Shown: positions 42,916-53,301 of the stretch, piece by piece
Layout of the letters: each line of letters begins with the position of its first letter
Position numbering within the stretch: the first letter of the stretch is position 1
Assembly: GCA_963665275.2 (NCBI GenBank)
Contig: CAXXIN010000016.1
Coordinates: 1 to 64,000, forward strand
DNA length: 64,000 nt
Direction: 5' to 3'
Source: Negativicutes bacterium
GTDB lineage: Bacteria > Bacillota > Negativicutes > UBA1444
The notes under the pieces: model-generated
Database searches by the model: none
Told to the model about the DNA's origin: nothing
The model's input: the letters and a program-made list of their open reading frames with translations, nothing else
Made by a program: the position numbers and the translations under genes

Positions 42916-44664
42916 ATGACGCATGAAATACATGGCGCTTTGATCGAAAATCTGAGAATCTATCAAGAATGCATTGCCTGTTCACCTAATGGGGTTATTA
43001 TTGTTGACGACGAAGACCGAATTTTTGAATATAACAAATCGACTGAAATTTTGACAGGTATCAAACGAGAAATTGCATTAAAGCAGAGGTTTGTTGATGT
43101 TTTGCCACAAATAACGCTGGGGCTTATTTCTGAGGAAGAATGCCGGTGTGCGATTAATGATAGAGATCTTTTGATTAAAAAAGTGTTTGTTCAGGCAAAA
43201 GGAACTCGCGGTCATTACCAGATTCTTATATTACAAGATTTGTCGGCGACGGTTAAGATGGCCATGGAAGTTGAAAAAACGCAAGACGCAATCAAAGAAC
43301 TTGAGATGATACTTGAAGGATCGTTTGATGGTATTTTAGTAACGGATAAAGACTGCAATGTCTTGATGGTTAATCAAGCATACGGACGCTTAACAGCTAT
43401 TGGCAAAGAAGAAATGACCGGAAAAAATATGCGCGAGTTGCTGAACCCGGTGTATATGAAAAATTCGGTGGCATTGGTAGTTGCGGAAGAGAAACGAACA
43501 GTATCGATGCATCACACAACACGGCATGGAAAAAGTGTTATTGTTACAGGCACACCTGTTTTGGATAATAATGGGGATTTGTATCGGATTGTTATCAATC
43601 TTAGAGACATTTCGGAGATATATAAATTACGGGAAGAATTGTTAAAGGCAAAGGCAGTGGAAAAGGTTTATTTTCAAAAAATGATGACCGACGAAACGGC
43701 GGAAGAACAAGCGACAGTGGTCATCGCTGCAAATGAAAAAGTGCGTGAGATTTTTGCGCTAGCGAAAAAAATATGTAATTATAATGTGACAGTTCTCATT
43801 TTGGGAGAGTCTGGCGTCGGAAAAGAAGAAATGGCTAAATATATTCATGGCAGCAGTATTCGCAAAGATGCTCCTTTCATCGCCATTAATTGCGGCGCCA
43901 TACCGGAAAATCTATTGGAATCCGAACTGTTTGGTTATGATAAAGGCGCATTTACGGGTGCCGCTAAAGAGGGAAAAAAAGGGCTCTTTGAAATCGCCAA
44001 TGGAGGCACGTTGTTTTTAGATGAAATTGGTGATATGCCGTTAAATATGCAGGTGAAGTTGTTACGGTTTTTAGAAAACCGCGAAATCGTCAGAGTGGGC
44101 GCAACGGCGCCTACTTCCGTTGATGTTAGAATTTTGGTCGCAACGAATAAAGATTTGTGGAAAATGGTCGAGAAGGGATCCTTTCGCGAAGATTTATATT
44201 ACCGTTTGAATGTTGTGCAATTAAATATTCCACCGTTGCGAAATAGAAAGGAAGATATTCCTTTACTATGTCTCCATTTCTTACAAAAATACAATAGGCA
44301 ATACCAGCAAAACAAAAAAATGACTTATGATGTTATCAAAAACATGGAAGAACAGCCATGGAGAGGGAATATACGAGAATTGCGTAACACAATCGAAAAA
44401 ATGGTTGTTCTATGCAATAATGAATATTTGCAATTGGATGATTTGCCTTGGGCGAGCCTGGGCAACAAAAGAAATTCCTCTGCGCTTGAAGGAACCAGTG
44501 AGAATATAACTTTTAATGAAGCAATAGAGGCACTGGAAAGGAAATTGTTGAGCGAGGCGCTTCAGAAATATAAATCAACTCGAAAGATGGCCGAAGCGCT
44601 AAAAATTGACCAATCTTCTATTGTACGAAAGATGGAGAAGTATTGTTTAAAAAATAAAGAATAG
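42916..44664 (+). CDS. sigma54-dependent activator (PAS-PAS-AAA-HTH)
   Basis: Two PAS-like regions, GESGVGKE, ESELFGY, GAFTGA, WRGNIRELRN, C-terminal STRKMAEALKIDQSSIVRK HTH. Confidence 0.92.
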   Translation: MTHEIHGALIENLRIYQECIACSPNGVIIVDDEDRIFEYNKSTEILTGIKREIALKQRFVDVLPQITLGLISEEECRCAINDRDLLIKKVFVQAKGTRGHYQILILQDLSATVKMAMEVEKTQDAIKELEMILEGSFDGILVTDKDCNVLMVNQAYGRLTAIGKEEMTGKNMRELLNPVYMKNSVALVVAEEKRTVSMHHTTRHGKSVIVTGTPVLDNNGDLYRIVINLRDISEIYKLREELLKAKAVEKVYFQKMMTDETAEEQATVVIAANEKVREIFALAKKICNYNVTVLILGESGVGKEEMAKYIHGSSIRKDAPFIAINCGAIPENLLESELFGYDKGAFTGAAKEGKKGLFEIANGGTLFLDEIGDMPLNMQVKLLRFLENREIVRVGATAPTSVDVRILVATNKDLWKMVEKGSFREDLYYRLNVVQLNIPPLRNRKEDIPLLCLHFLQKYNRQYQQNKKMTYDVIKNMEEQPWRGNIRELRNTIEKMVVLCNNEYLQLDDLPWASLGNKRNSSALEGTSENITFNEAIEALERKLLSEALQKYKSTRKMAEALKIDQSSIVRKMEKYCLKNKE

Positions 44665-44681
44665 AAACCTGCAAAATAGAA

Positions 44682-44730
44682 AAAACGATGCGAAATAACA
44701 TCTCTGATGTTATTTCGCATCGTTTTTTTC
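44682..44730. promoter_or_regulatory. Dual element: terminator hairpin made of two GATG-N8-CATC sites
   Basis: GATGCGAAATAACATC (44687-44702), TCT, GATGTTATTTCGCATC (44706-44721), then a T-run. Confidence 0.65.
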
Positions 44731-44924
44731 TTTCCAAGCTGCATATTGCTAGTTTTGGCGAAGAAGTGGCGCTTTCTTAAATGTCGGTACGTACAATTGG
44801 CTATTAATCTAAACATAGCAAAGGTAAGTATATTGGCGCTTCAGAGAAATTAAAAGATGCTCAGAACTTTTGCAAAAACAGGATGCCTATTCATGGGGAA
44901 CCAATCATACAATTGCCTTTTTAG

Positions 44925-44941
44925 TTGGCATGGTTATTGCA
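44925..44941 (+). promoter_or_regulatory. sigma54 promoter
   Basis: TTGGCATGGTTATTGCA (GG-N10-GC). Confidence 0.87.
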
Positions 44942-45000
44942 TAGTCATCTTATATCAATCACTTACATTGCTACCCAAAATGAAAACGGGGGGATTGTTC

Positions 45001-46218
45001 ATGGAAGCGAAGAAAACGTCTAAAGACCTATTGTCTGATCTGCTCGCCAAACACTATGAAGAAGCGGCAGACGCCAAAAAAAATGGCGAAATTGTTGCTT
45101 GGTCAACCTCCATTGCGCCGCAGGAGTTGTTGGAAACTTTAGACATTAAAGTTGTTTATCCTGAAAATCATTCTGCAGCAATTGGCGCGCGGAAATGTGC
45201 GCAGGAATTTATCGATCAGGCTGAAGGGGATAGCTATTCCAACGATTTGTGTTCTTATGCACGCGTTAATGTGGGATATATGACAATTCAGGAAAGTGTG
45301 GCCGGTAATATCCCGTTACCGGATGTTCTTTTTTGCTGCAATAACATCTGCAATACGGTTATTAAATGGTATGAAAACATTGCCAAAGAGTTAAATATCC
45401 CCATGATTCTTTTTGATATGCCATTCAACCATGAATACGAGGTTTCTGAAAATAATGTGCGTTACATCAGAGGTCAGTTTGAAAGCGCAATTAAACAATT
45501 AGAAGGCATTTCTGGAAAGAAATTTGACCGTGATCGTTTTAAAGACGTTATGGGCATATCTTCAGAAACTGCAAAATGGTGGAAAAAATCTACTTCATTG
45601 GCGATTGCCAAACCATCACCCTTAAATGGATTTGATATGTTTAATTATATGGCTACAATCGTTTGTATGAGGGGAAAGCAGGAAGGACTGGATCTTTTTA
45701 AATTGTGGGCAGAAGAATTGCAAGGGAAAATTGACCGTAAAGAAGGCCCTTGGAAGGATCAGGAAGAAAAATATCGGATTATGTGGGATGGTATTGCGTG
45801 TTGGCCTCATTTGGGCAATACCTATAAAGTTCTAAAGAAATATGGCATCAATATGGTAACTTCGACGTATCCGGACTCATGGAAAATCGTATATGAAAAT
45901 GATGATTTAGACGGAATGGCACGCGCCTATAGTTCAAACTATGTGAATCGCAATTTAGATTTTGGTACGGACAATATTGTCAATCTGGTGAATGATTTCT
46001 CGTTAGACGGGATTGTTTTTCATTCGAATCGCAGCTGTAAATTGATGGATTTTCGTCAATATGAAGTCCAACGTAAAGTGCAAGCTAGGACGGGAATTCC
46101 TTCCGTAATTTTTGATGGAGATCAAACCGATCCCCGCGCTTTCTCATTAGCACAATATGAGACTCGTATCCAGGCTCTTGTCGAAATGATGGAACAAAAT
46201 AAGAGAAAGGATGCATAA
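45001..46218 (+). CDS. 2-hydroxyacyl-CoA dehydratase subunit (HadB/FldB-like)
   Basis: WSTSIAPQEL, YPENH, DLCSYAR, CCNNICNT, HSNRSCK, FDGDQTDPR. Confidence 0.9.
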   Translation: MEAKKTSKDLLSDLLAKHYEEAADAKKNGEIVAWSTSIAPQELLETLDIKVVYPENHSAAIGARKCAQEFIDQAEGDSYSNDLCSYARVNVGYMTIQESVAGNIPLPDVLFCCNNICNTVIKWYENIAKELNIPMILFDMPFNHEYEVSENNVRYIRGQFESAIKQLEGISGKKFDRDRFKDVMGISSETAKWWKKSTSLAIAKPSPLNGFDMFNYMATIVCMRGKQEGLDLFKLWAEELQGKIDRKEGPWKDQEEKYRIMWDGIACWPHLGNTYKVLKKYGINMVTSTYPDSWKIVYENDDLDGMARAYSSNYVNRNLDFGTDNIVNLVNDFSLDGIVFHSNRSCKLMDFRQYEVQRKVQARTGIPSVIFDGDQTDPRAFSLAQYETRIQALVEMMEQNKRKDA

Positions 46219-46221
46219 AAC

Positions 46222-47352
46222 ATGAAACAATTACAGAGTTTGATAGCCGAACTCGAAACGGCAGCTCTCAATCCAATTAAAACCTTAAAAAAGGCGATGG
46301 AGACTTCGAAAAAACCAGCAGTCGGCTGTTTTCCCTATTACACACCAGATGAATTGATTTATGCTGCGGGATTTATTCCTGTAGGGTTGTGGGGTGGGCA
46401 AACAGATATTAAATTGGCTGACACCTATTTGCAAAGTTTTTGTTGTTCGATTATGCGAGAAAACATGGAGCAAGGGATGAGGGGTCAATATGATTTCCTG
46501 TCGGCCATCATTATTCCCACTTATTGCGATACATTAAAATGCATTTGTGAAAATTGGAAAGTGGCTGTTCCGCAAGTCCCTCTCATTCCCATGGTTTATC
46601 CTCAAAACCGCAAAATTCAGGCGGGCATTGATTACTTGGTGTCGGAATATAAACGAGTTCAAGAAATTCTTGAAGAGATTTCGGGCGAAAAAATTACCGA
46701 AGAAAATTTGGCGAGCAGTTTTGCGCTTTATGAAGAATACCGCAAAGTAATGCGTGAGTTTACGACTATGGCCGTTCATTACCCGATTACAATCAACGCC
46801 AAAACCAGGCAACTAATAATTAAAGCGGCGTTTTTTATGGATAAAAAAGATTATGTTCTCCAATTACAAGAGATTTGCCGAAAACTTTCAGAACAGCCGC
46901 ACGAAAAATTTGCGGGCAAAAAAGTAGTAATGACAGGGATTATGGCTGAGCCGGCAGGCCTACTGGACATATTTGTGCAAAATAACGTGGCCGTTGCGGC
47001 GGACGATTTGGCTGACTCATCCAGACAATTCAGATTAGACAGCTCGAGAGGGAATACTGTATATGAAAAAATGGCATGCCGCATTGCCGATCAATGTGGT
47101 TGCTCGTTGCTGTTTGACGCTGAAAAAGAACGCGGACAACTATTGGTTGATTTGGTCAAAGATACTAGTTCGGATGGGATCGTTGTCGCAATGATGAAAT
47201 TTTGCGATCCAGAAGAATTCGATTATCCGATTTACAAGAAGGAACTGGAAGCTGCCAATATTCCAATATTGTATCTGGAAATCGAGCAAAAAATGGACTC
47301 ACTGGAACAGATTCGAACACGGGTACAAAGCTTTATCGAAATGTTGGGATGA
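46222..47352 (+). CDS. 2-hydroxyacyl-CoA dehydratase subunit (HadC/FldC-like)
   Basis: VGCFPYYTPDELIYAAG, CSIM, CDTLKC, MKFCDPEEFDYP. Confidence 0.9.
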   Translation: MKQLQSLIAELETAALNPIKTLKKAMETSKKPAVGCFPYYTPDELIYAAGFIPVGLWGGQTDIKLADTYLQSFCCSIMRENMEQGMRGQYDFLSAIIIPTYCDTLKCICENWKVAVPQVPLIPMVYPQNRKIQAGIDYLVSEYKRVQEILEEISGEKITEENLASSFALYEEYRKVMREFTTMAVHYPITINAKTRQLIIKAAFFMDKKDYVLQLQEICRKLSEQPHEKFAGKKVVMTGIMAEPAGLLDIFVQNNVAVAADDLADSSRQFRLDSSRGNTVYEKMACRIADQCGCSLLFDAEKERGQLLVDLVKDTSSDGIVVAMMKFCDPEEFDYPIYKKELEAANIPILYLEIEQKMDSLEQIRTRVQSFIEMLG

Positions 47353-47408
47353 TTGGCGATGAAGCTGATTTGCAACAAAGGAAATGGAGACCAAACAAGG
47401 AGGCCAGT

Positions 47409-48173
47409 ATGTTTTTAGGTGTGGACATTGGCTCATCCTCATCCAAAGCAGTAATCTTGAATAATCAAAGAGAAGTGCTTTCCTTAGCTGTAATTAACAC
47501 AGGCACGGGTACGCGAGGGCCGGAAAAAGCAGTTGCGACTGCGTTGGAACAAGCAGAATTGATAACCTCCGACATAAAATATACAGTTGTAACCGGATAT
47601 GGCCGGATTACTTATGACAAGGCTGACCGGCAAATCACAGAAATCAGTTGCCATGGTCGCGGCGCGTTTTTTTTAGCGCCGCAGGCGAAAACTATTATTG
47701 ATATCGGTGGACAGGATGCGAAAATTATTCGACTTGATAACAATGGAAGAATCGAGAACTTTGTAATGAATGAAAAATGCGCAGCAGGAACAGGTCGGTT
47801 TTTGGAAGTCATGGCTCGTATTTTAGATTGCGGAATCGGAGAATTGTCGGATTTGTCGCTGCGGGCAACAAAGGAACTCGCTATTAGCAGTACCTGCACG
47901 GTGTTTGCCGAATCAGAAGTTATTTCGCAGCTGGCAGCTGGGGCAGCGAAAGAAGATGTTGCGCAAGGCGCCCATCGATCGGTAGCCAATCGTATTGCCG
48001 GACTAGCCGCGCGGATCGGCGTTCGCCAAAAAGTCGTCATGACCGGAGGGGTTGCCTTGAATTCAAGTATGGTTGCTTGCTTGGCGCAGGAAATCGGACA
48101 TGAAATTACAGTTCTGCCGATGTCGCAAGTGGTTGGTGCGCTAGGCGCCGCACTATATGCGGTCGAATCTTAA
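47409..48173 (+). CDS. Dehydratase activator ATPase (HadI/HgdC family)
   Basis: GVDIGS, TGYGR, EISCH, DIGGQD, MNEKCAAGTGRF, STCTVFAESEV. Confidence 0.93.
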   Translation: MFLGVDIGSSSSKAVILNNQREVLSLAVINTGTGTRGPEKAVATALEQAELITSDIKYTVVTGYGRITYDKADRQITEISCHGRGAFFLAPQAKTIIDIGGQDAKIIRLDNNGRIENFVMNEKCAAGTGRFLEVMARILDCGIGELSDLSLRATKELAISSTCTVFAESEVISQLAAGAAKEDVAQGAHRSVANRIAGLAARIGVRQKVVMTGGVALNSSMVACLAQEIGHEITVLPMSQVVGALGAALYAVES

Positions 48174-48237
48174 AAATATTAAAAGGTACGCACAGGCAAA
48201 ACGTTTTCCGGTGCGTACACTGTGAGGTGAAGTGATC

Positions 48238-49008
48238 ATGAACTCACTAATTAGCATTGAAAAGACAGAGAGTATCGCTATAGTAAGGGTAAATCGTCCA
48301 AAGCAGTACAATGCCTTAAGCAGAGAAACCATTAATCAGCTTGATGCAGTTTTAGAGGCGGTTCGACAAGATGCCTCCATTCATGCGTTAATCCTGACCG
48401 GTGAGAAAAACTTCGCCGCGGGAGCGGACATCGGTGACATGACGCACTTAACGCCGCAAGAGGCGCAGGCTTTTTTATTCGCCGACACTTTCCGCAAACT
48501 GGAGTTATTACCAATACCGACGATTGCGGCTATTTGCGGGTATGCTCTGGGCGGGGGGCTCGAAATGGCGTTGGCGTGCGATATTCGCATTGCTTCAGAG
48601 GAGGCCCAGATGGGGTTGCCGGAGATTAGTTTGGGCATTATGCCCGGAGCAGGCGGGACTGTTCGTCTGCCCAAATTAGTCGGTATTGGAAAAGCGAAAG
48701 AACTGATTTTTTCCGGCCGGAAAATTGCCGCTGCGGAGGCCTTTCAATGTGGATTGGTCCAACAAGTTGTGGCGCCGGAGGATCTGATGTCCGCCGCCTG
48801 CGAATTGGCGAAAAAATTGGCTCGCCAATCGATGACAGCGTTGATGAGTGCTAAAACAATGCTGAATTTTAGTGCAGAAATGCCACCGGAAGCTGCTTTT
48901 AAAATGGAGGCGGGATACTGGTCAGGGCTTTTCGGTTCGCCGGATCAGGTTGAAGGCATGCAAGCTTTCATTGAAAAACGAAAACCTAAATTTAATATGC
49001 AGAAATAG
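48238..49008 (+). CDS. Enoyl-CoA hydratase (crotonase)
   Basis: FAAGADI, GYALGGGLE, PEISLGIMPGAGGT, EGMQAFIEKRKP. Confidence 0.92.
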   Translation: MNSLISIEKTESIAIVRVNRPKQYNALSRETINQLDAVLEAVRQDASIHALILTGEKNFAAGADIGDMTHLTPQEAQAFLFADTFRKLELLPIPTIAAICGYALGGGLEMALACDIRIASEEAQMGLPEISLGIMPGAGGTVRLPKLVGIGKAKELIFSGRKIAAAEAFQCGLVQQVVAPEDLMSAACELAKKLARQSMTALMSAKTMLNFSAEMPPEAAFKMEAGYWSGLFGSPDQVEGMQAFIEKRKPKFNMQK

Positions 49009-49024
49009 AAAAGAGGGTTTAAAA

Positions 49025-50206
49025 ATGAAAAATGTTGTGATTGTTGCTGCGTGTCGTACTGCGATTGGTTCATTGGGTGGAGTCTTTAAAGATCTTACCG
49101 CATTGGACTTAAGCATTCCGGTTATGAAGAATTTGCTTAGCCGGTCTGGAATCGAAGCAGGCGCTATTGAGGATGTAATCTGGGGATGCAATTATCAAAA
49201 AACATATAAAGAGAACAATCTGGCTCGCGTGGCTGCCGTTAAAGCCGGGTTGCCTGTGACCGTTCCCGGAATTACCGTTCATCGTAACTGCACTTCTTCA
49301 ATGTCCTCGATTCAACTGGGGTTCTATCAGATTCGAGCCGGTGAAGCGAACGCTATTATGGCTGGCGGCGCTGAAAGCATGAGTAATGCACCACACATGG
49401 TGCTGGATTTTCGACGCGGGAAAAAATTCGGCAATAGTGAAATCCGTGATTCGATGTGGGACTCGTTGACGAATTTGGGGATTGGACCGGCCATGGGGAT
49501 TACGGCTGAAAACCTGGCGGAGAAGTATTCGATTTCTCGTGAGGAGCAGGACGAATTGGCGTTCGTCAGTCAGGAACGAGCCGGTGTGGCGCTATATAGT
49601 GGAAGATTCAAAGACGAAATTATTCCAGTTTCGATTCACAGTAAGAAAGAGACAATTCAGGTTGATACTGACGAATATCCCAAAAAGGGAACGACGATGG
49701 AAAGCCTTGCTAAGCTGAAACCCGCTTTTAAAGACGACGGGACCGTCACTGCCGGTAATGCATCAGGAATGAATGATGGGGCTGCCGGAGTGATTCTTGT
49801 GTCGGAAGAAAAAGCGAAAGCGTGGGGTTTGCCGATTTTGGCAAGAATCGTTTCGGTTGCGACAACCGGAGTTGATCCTGACATTATGGGCATCGGACCG
49901 GTCAGTGCGTCTCAAAAGGCATTGGAAAAAGCGGGCCTGACGTTAAAAGATATTGAGTTGTTTGAAATTAACGAGGCCTTTGCAGCGCAGTATTTGGCTG
50001 TTGAAAAGGTATTGGGACTGGATCGTACCATTACCAATGTGAATGGCAGCGGTATTGCTTTGGGGCACCCAGTTGGCTGTAGCGGCAGTCGTTTGGTTAC
50101 TTCGTTGGTTTATGAAATGAAAAAACGCCACAATCGTTACGGGCTGGCTTCTTTGTGCGCCGGCGGCGGCATGGGAACCACGGTTATTTTGGAAGTGAAC
50201 GGCTGA
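49025..50206 (+). CDS. Thiolase (acetyl-CoA C-acyltransferase)
   Basis: HRNCTSS, GNASGMNDGA, NEAFA, GHPVGCSG, LCAGGG. Confidence 0.93.
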   Translation: MKNVVIVAACRTAIGSLGGVFKDLTALDLSIPVMKNLLSRSGIEAGAIEDVIWGCNYQKTYKENNLARVAAVKAGLPVTVPGITVHRNCTSSMSSIQLGFYQIRAGEANAIMAGGAESMSNAPHMVLDFRRGKKFGNSEIRDSMWDSLTNLGIGPAMGITAENLAEKYSISREEQDELAFVSQERAGVALYSGRFKDEIIPVSIHSKKETIQVDTDEYPKKGTTMESLAKLKPAFKDDGTVTAGNASGMNDGAAGVILVSEEKAKAWGLPILARIVSVATTGVDPDIMGIGPVSASQKALEKAGLTLKDIELFEINEAFAAQYLAVEKVLGLDRTITNVNGSGIALGHPVGCSGSRLVTSLVYEMKKRHNRYGLASLCAGGGMGTTVILEVNG

Positions 50207-50238
50207 TACCACATAATAAAGCAAGGGGTGATGGATTT

Positions 50239-51099
50239 ATGGGACAAAAAATTGGGATTATTGGCGCTGGCATGATGGGAGCGGAAATCGCTTTAGCTTT
50301 CGCCCAAAATGATTTTACTGTTATTCTTAATGATGTGACGTTACCAATGGCCGAAAGAGGGAAAACCATACAGACATCGATTCTGGATAAAAACATTCGC
50401 AAAGGGCAGTTGGCTCCACATGAAAAAGAAGCGATTTTGGCGCGCGTTACTCCTACTGATCAGCTGTCGGCGATGAGTGACTGTGATGCTGTAATTGAAG
50501 CTGCTTTTGAAGATTTCAATGTTAAAAGTAAAATCTTTGCTTCCTTGGACGGCTTGTGCAAAACAGAGTGCCTTTTTGCCAGCAATACGTCCAGTATTCC
50601 TATCACTAAATTGGCTTCTTCGGTGAGCCCTGAACGCGCGAAACAGTTTTTGGGCATGCATTTCTTTTCTCCTGCCAGCATAATGAAACTGGTTGAAGTC
50701 ATTCCGGGACTACTGTGCGAAGCAGATGCTGTTGTAAAGGCGCGTGAATTGGTGGTTGCCGTGCAGAAAACACCGATTACCGTGAAGGATGTGGCTGGAT
50801 TTGCGGTGAATAGGCTCTTTAATATCTTTAATATTGAAGCCATGCGATTGATTGAAGAAGGGGTCGCCAGCCCTGAAGATATTGATACCGCCTGTAAACT
50901 GGGATTAGGTCATCCCATGGGACCCATCGAATTGTTGGATATCACGAGCTTGGATTTGAATCTCAAAATCCATGAAGTGTTATTCAACGAATATGGGGAG
51001 CGGTTTCGTCCGCGTCCCCTGCTGCGAACAATGATAGCGGCCGGGTTGTTGGGTAAAAAAGTTGGCCGTGGTTTTTACAAATATAAACCAAAGCCCTAA
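50239..51099 (+). CDS. 3-hydroxyacyl-CoA dehydrogenase
   Basis: GAGMMG, SNTSS, GMHFFSPA, GFAVNR, GHPMGP, GKKVGRGFY. Confidence 0.93.
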   Translation: MGQKIGIIGAGMMGAEIALAFAQNDFTVILNDVTLPMAERGKTIQTSILDKNIRKGQLAPHEKEAILARVTPTDQLSAMSDCDAVIEAAFEDFNVKSKIFASLDGLCKTECLFASNTSSIPITKLASSVSPERAKQFLGMHFFSPASIMKLVEVIPGLLCEADAVVKARELVVAVQKTPITVKDVAGFAVNRLFNIFNIEAMRLIEEGVASPEDIDTACKLGLGHPMGPIELLDITSLDLNLKIHEVLFNEYGERFRPRPLLRTMIAAGLLGKKVGRGFYKYKPKP

Positions 51100-51219
51100 C
51101 ACCTAAACACATGTCGTAATCTATAGGCTATCGAGCGCATACCTGATAAAATGAAATGGAATACTTATTGGCAACAAAAAAACCGAAAATATTAATAAAA
51201 CTAAGGGGGATATAAAGGC

Positions 51220-52668
51220 ATGAAAACAGCGGAACAGTATGAAGCTAGCCTGCGGGAACTCAAGTTGAAGGTGTATCTTCAGGGTGAACTGGTTAACCCT
51301 GTCGACCATCCGATTCTCAGGCCATCCATGAACTCGGTTAAAGCAACGTATGAGTTGGCAGAAAAACCGGAATATGCAGATCTGATGACTGCGACCTCTC
51401 ATCTGACAGGAAAAAAAATTAACCGCTTCTGTCACTTGCATCAAAGTGCAGGTGATCTGGTGAAGAAAGTCAAAATGCAGCGATTGCTCGGACAAAAAAC
51501 CTCTGCTTGTTTTCAGCGTTGCGTAGGGATGGACGCGATCAATGCTGTTGACAGCGTGACCTTTGAAATGGACCAGAAGCTTGGAACACAGTATCATGCG
51601 CGTTTCGAAAAATTCTTGCTCAACATGCAGGAAGAAGATTGGACTGTCGATGGCGCAATGACCGACCCCAAAGGCGACCGCGGTTTGGCTCCCAGCAAAC
51701 AGGCAGATCCGGATTTGTTCGTTCACGTCGTGGAAAAACGTGCTGACGGTATCGTTGTCAGCGGCGCCAAAGCACATCAGACCGGTGCGATGAACTCTCA
51801 CTGGATATTGGTCATGCCGACAATCGCCATGAGCAAAGAAGATTCCGATTATGCAGTTAGCTTCGTCGCGCCGTCTGACGCCGACGGGATTTTTTACATC
51901 TGCGGACGCCAATCCTGCGATACCCGCAAATTGGAAGATGGAACCATCGATGTTGGCAACAAACAATTCGGTGGACACGAAGCATTGATGGTTTTTGATA
52001 ATCTGTTTATTCCATGGGAAAATGTGCTGATGTGCGGCGAGTATGAATTCAGCGGCGCATTGGTGGAACGCTTTGCCGGTTACCATCGACAAAGTTATGG
52101 CGGTTGCAAGGTCGGGGTTGGCGATGTGTTGATCGGGGCTGCGGCTTTGGCCGCCGATTACAACGGTGCGTACAAGGCGTCCCATCTCAAGGATAAATTG
52201 ATTGAGATGGTTCACTTGAACGAAACGCTATATGCCTGTGGAATCGCCTGCTCCGCAGAAGGATCCAAGACCGCATCGGGAAACTATATCATTGATCTGA
52301 TGCTGGCAAATGTCTGCAAGCAGAATGTGACCCGACTTCCCTATGAAATTGCCCGTTTGGCGCAAGATATTGCCGGGGGATTGATGGTGACGCTACCGTC
52401 GGAGAAAGATCTGCGAAGTCCTGAGATCGGGAAAGTCGTGGAGAAATACTTCAAAGGCGTAGCATCGGTTCCAACCGAACATCGTATGCGCATCCTGCGG
52501 CTCGTTGAGAATCTGACTCTCGGAACGGCGGCTGTCGGCTATCTGACTGAATCCATGCATGGAGCAGGCTCGCCGCAGGCTCAACGCATCATGATTGCGC
52601 GTCAGGCTAACCTCGAACAGAAAAAAGAACTGGCCAAGGCAATTGCCGGGATTCCTGCCGGAAAATAG
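51220..52668 (+). CDS. abfD: 4-hydroxybutyryl-CoA dehydratase / vinylacetyl-CoA isomerase
   Basis: Fe-S ligand motifs CFQRCVG and HRQSYGGCK; GAMTDPKGDR, ESMHGAGSPQAQ. Confidence 0.92.
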   Translation: MKTAEQYEASLRELKLKVYLQGELVNPVDHPILRPSMNSVKATYELAEKPEYADLMTATSHLTGKKINRFCHLHQSAGDLVKKVKMQRLLGQKTSACFQRCVGMDAINAVDSVTFEMDQKLGTQYHARFEKFLLNMQEEDWTVDGAMTDPKGDRGLAPSKQADPDLFVHVVEKRADGIVVSGAKAHQTGAMNSHWILVMPTIAMSKEDSDYAVSFVAPSDADGIFYICGRQSCDTRKLEDGTIDVGNKQFGGHEALMVFDNLFIPWENVLMCGEYEFSGALVERFAGYHRQSYGGCKVGVGDVLIGAAALAADYNGAYKASHLKDKLIEMVHLNETLYACGIACSAEGSKTASGNYIIDLMLANVCKQNVTRLPYEIARLAQDIAGGLMVTLPSEKDLRSPEIGKVVEKYFKGVASVPTEHRMRILRLVENLTLGTAAVGYLTESMHGAGSPQAQRIMIARQANLEQKKELAKAIAGIPAGK

Positions 52669-52674
52669 AGCATA

Positions 52675-52968
52675 ATGGACGCGCTGCAAAAAGTGATCGA
52701 AGACAAAATACGACCGATACTCCAATCGCATAATGGCGATATCGAACTAGTTGAAGTTACCCCTGATGGTTTTGTCAAAGTGAGACTGACCGGGGCATGC
52801 GCGGCATGCCCCGGAGCTCAAGCTACCCTCAACGAGGTAGTGGAATCCGCGTTGCAAGATGCCTGTCCAGAAATCAAGGGAGTACTTCCGGTAGCGCAAG
52901 TGGATCAGGAACTGATTGATATGGCGCTGAAAATCTTGCGTAGAGATAGAACCGGCCATGACGGGTAG
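52675..52968 (+). CDS. NifU C-terminal (Nfu) domain protein
   Basis: IRPILQSHNGDIELV...LTGACAACP. Confidence 0.88.
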   Translation: MDALQKVIEDKIRPILQSHNGDIELVEVTPDGFVKVRLTGACAACPGAQATLNEVVESALQDACPEIKGVLPVAQVDQELIDMALKILRRDRTGHDG

Positions 52969-53275
52969 CATTAATTTTTGCGGTGGATGTAACCCCAAAA
53001 TCGACAGAGTTGTCTTGGCGGAGGCAATAAAGAAAGCTCTGATCGCCCGAGGGATAAAGGTGGTCTACAATGCACTTGACGCTGATTTTACTGTGTATAT
53101 CAGCGGGTGCTCGGTCAATTGCGCCACTCGGTCGGTCGCTAGTGACCAATTCGCGGTCATTATTGCCGGTGCTGCCGTTGATTCTCAAGCGGTGTGCGAA
53201 GATTGCCTGGCAACCATAGCGATTCAACAAATAGAAGACTTCATTGCGAAAAAAGAAACTCCTGTCGTAGGATAA
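52958..53275 (+). CDS. Small Cys-motif protein (hypothetical, possibly Fe-S binding)
   Basis: FCGGCNP and SGCSVNC; overlaps the end of the Nfu gene. Confidence 0.7.
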   Translation: MTGSINFCGGCNPKIDRVVLAEAIKKALIARGIKVVYNALDADFTVYISGCSVNCATRSVASDQFAVIIAGAAVDSQAVCEDCLATIAIQQIEDFIAKKETPVVG

Positions 53276-53292
53276 TCTATGACAGGAGTTTT
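53256..53292. terminator. Bidirectional terminator between convergent genes
   Basis: AAACTCCTGTCGTAG / CTATGACAGGAGTTT. Confidence 0.65.
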
Positions 53293-53301
53293 GCTTACAG
53301 C

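Noticed and set aside
51220-52668. 4-hydroxyphenylacetate 3-hydroxylase annotation
   Set aside because: Same fold family, but the Fe-S ligand motifs (CFQRC, H...GGC) and the anaerobic CoA context identify AbfD.
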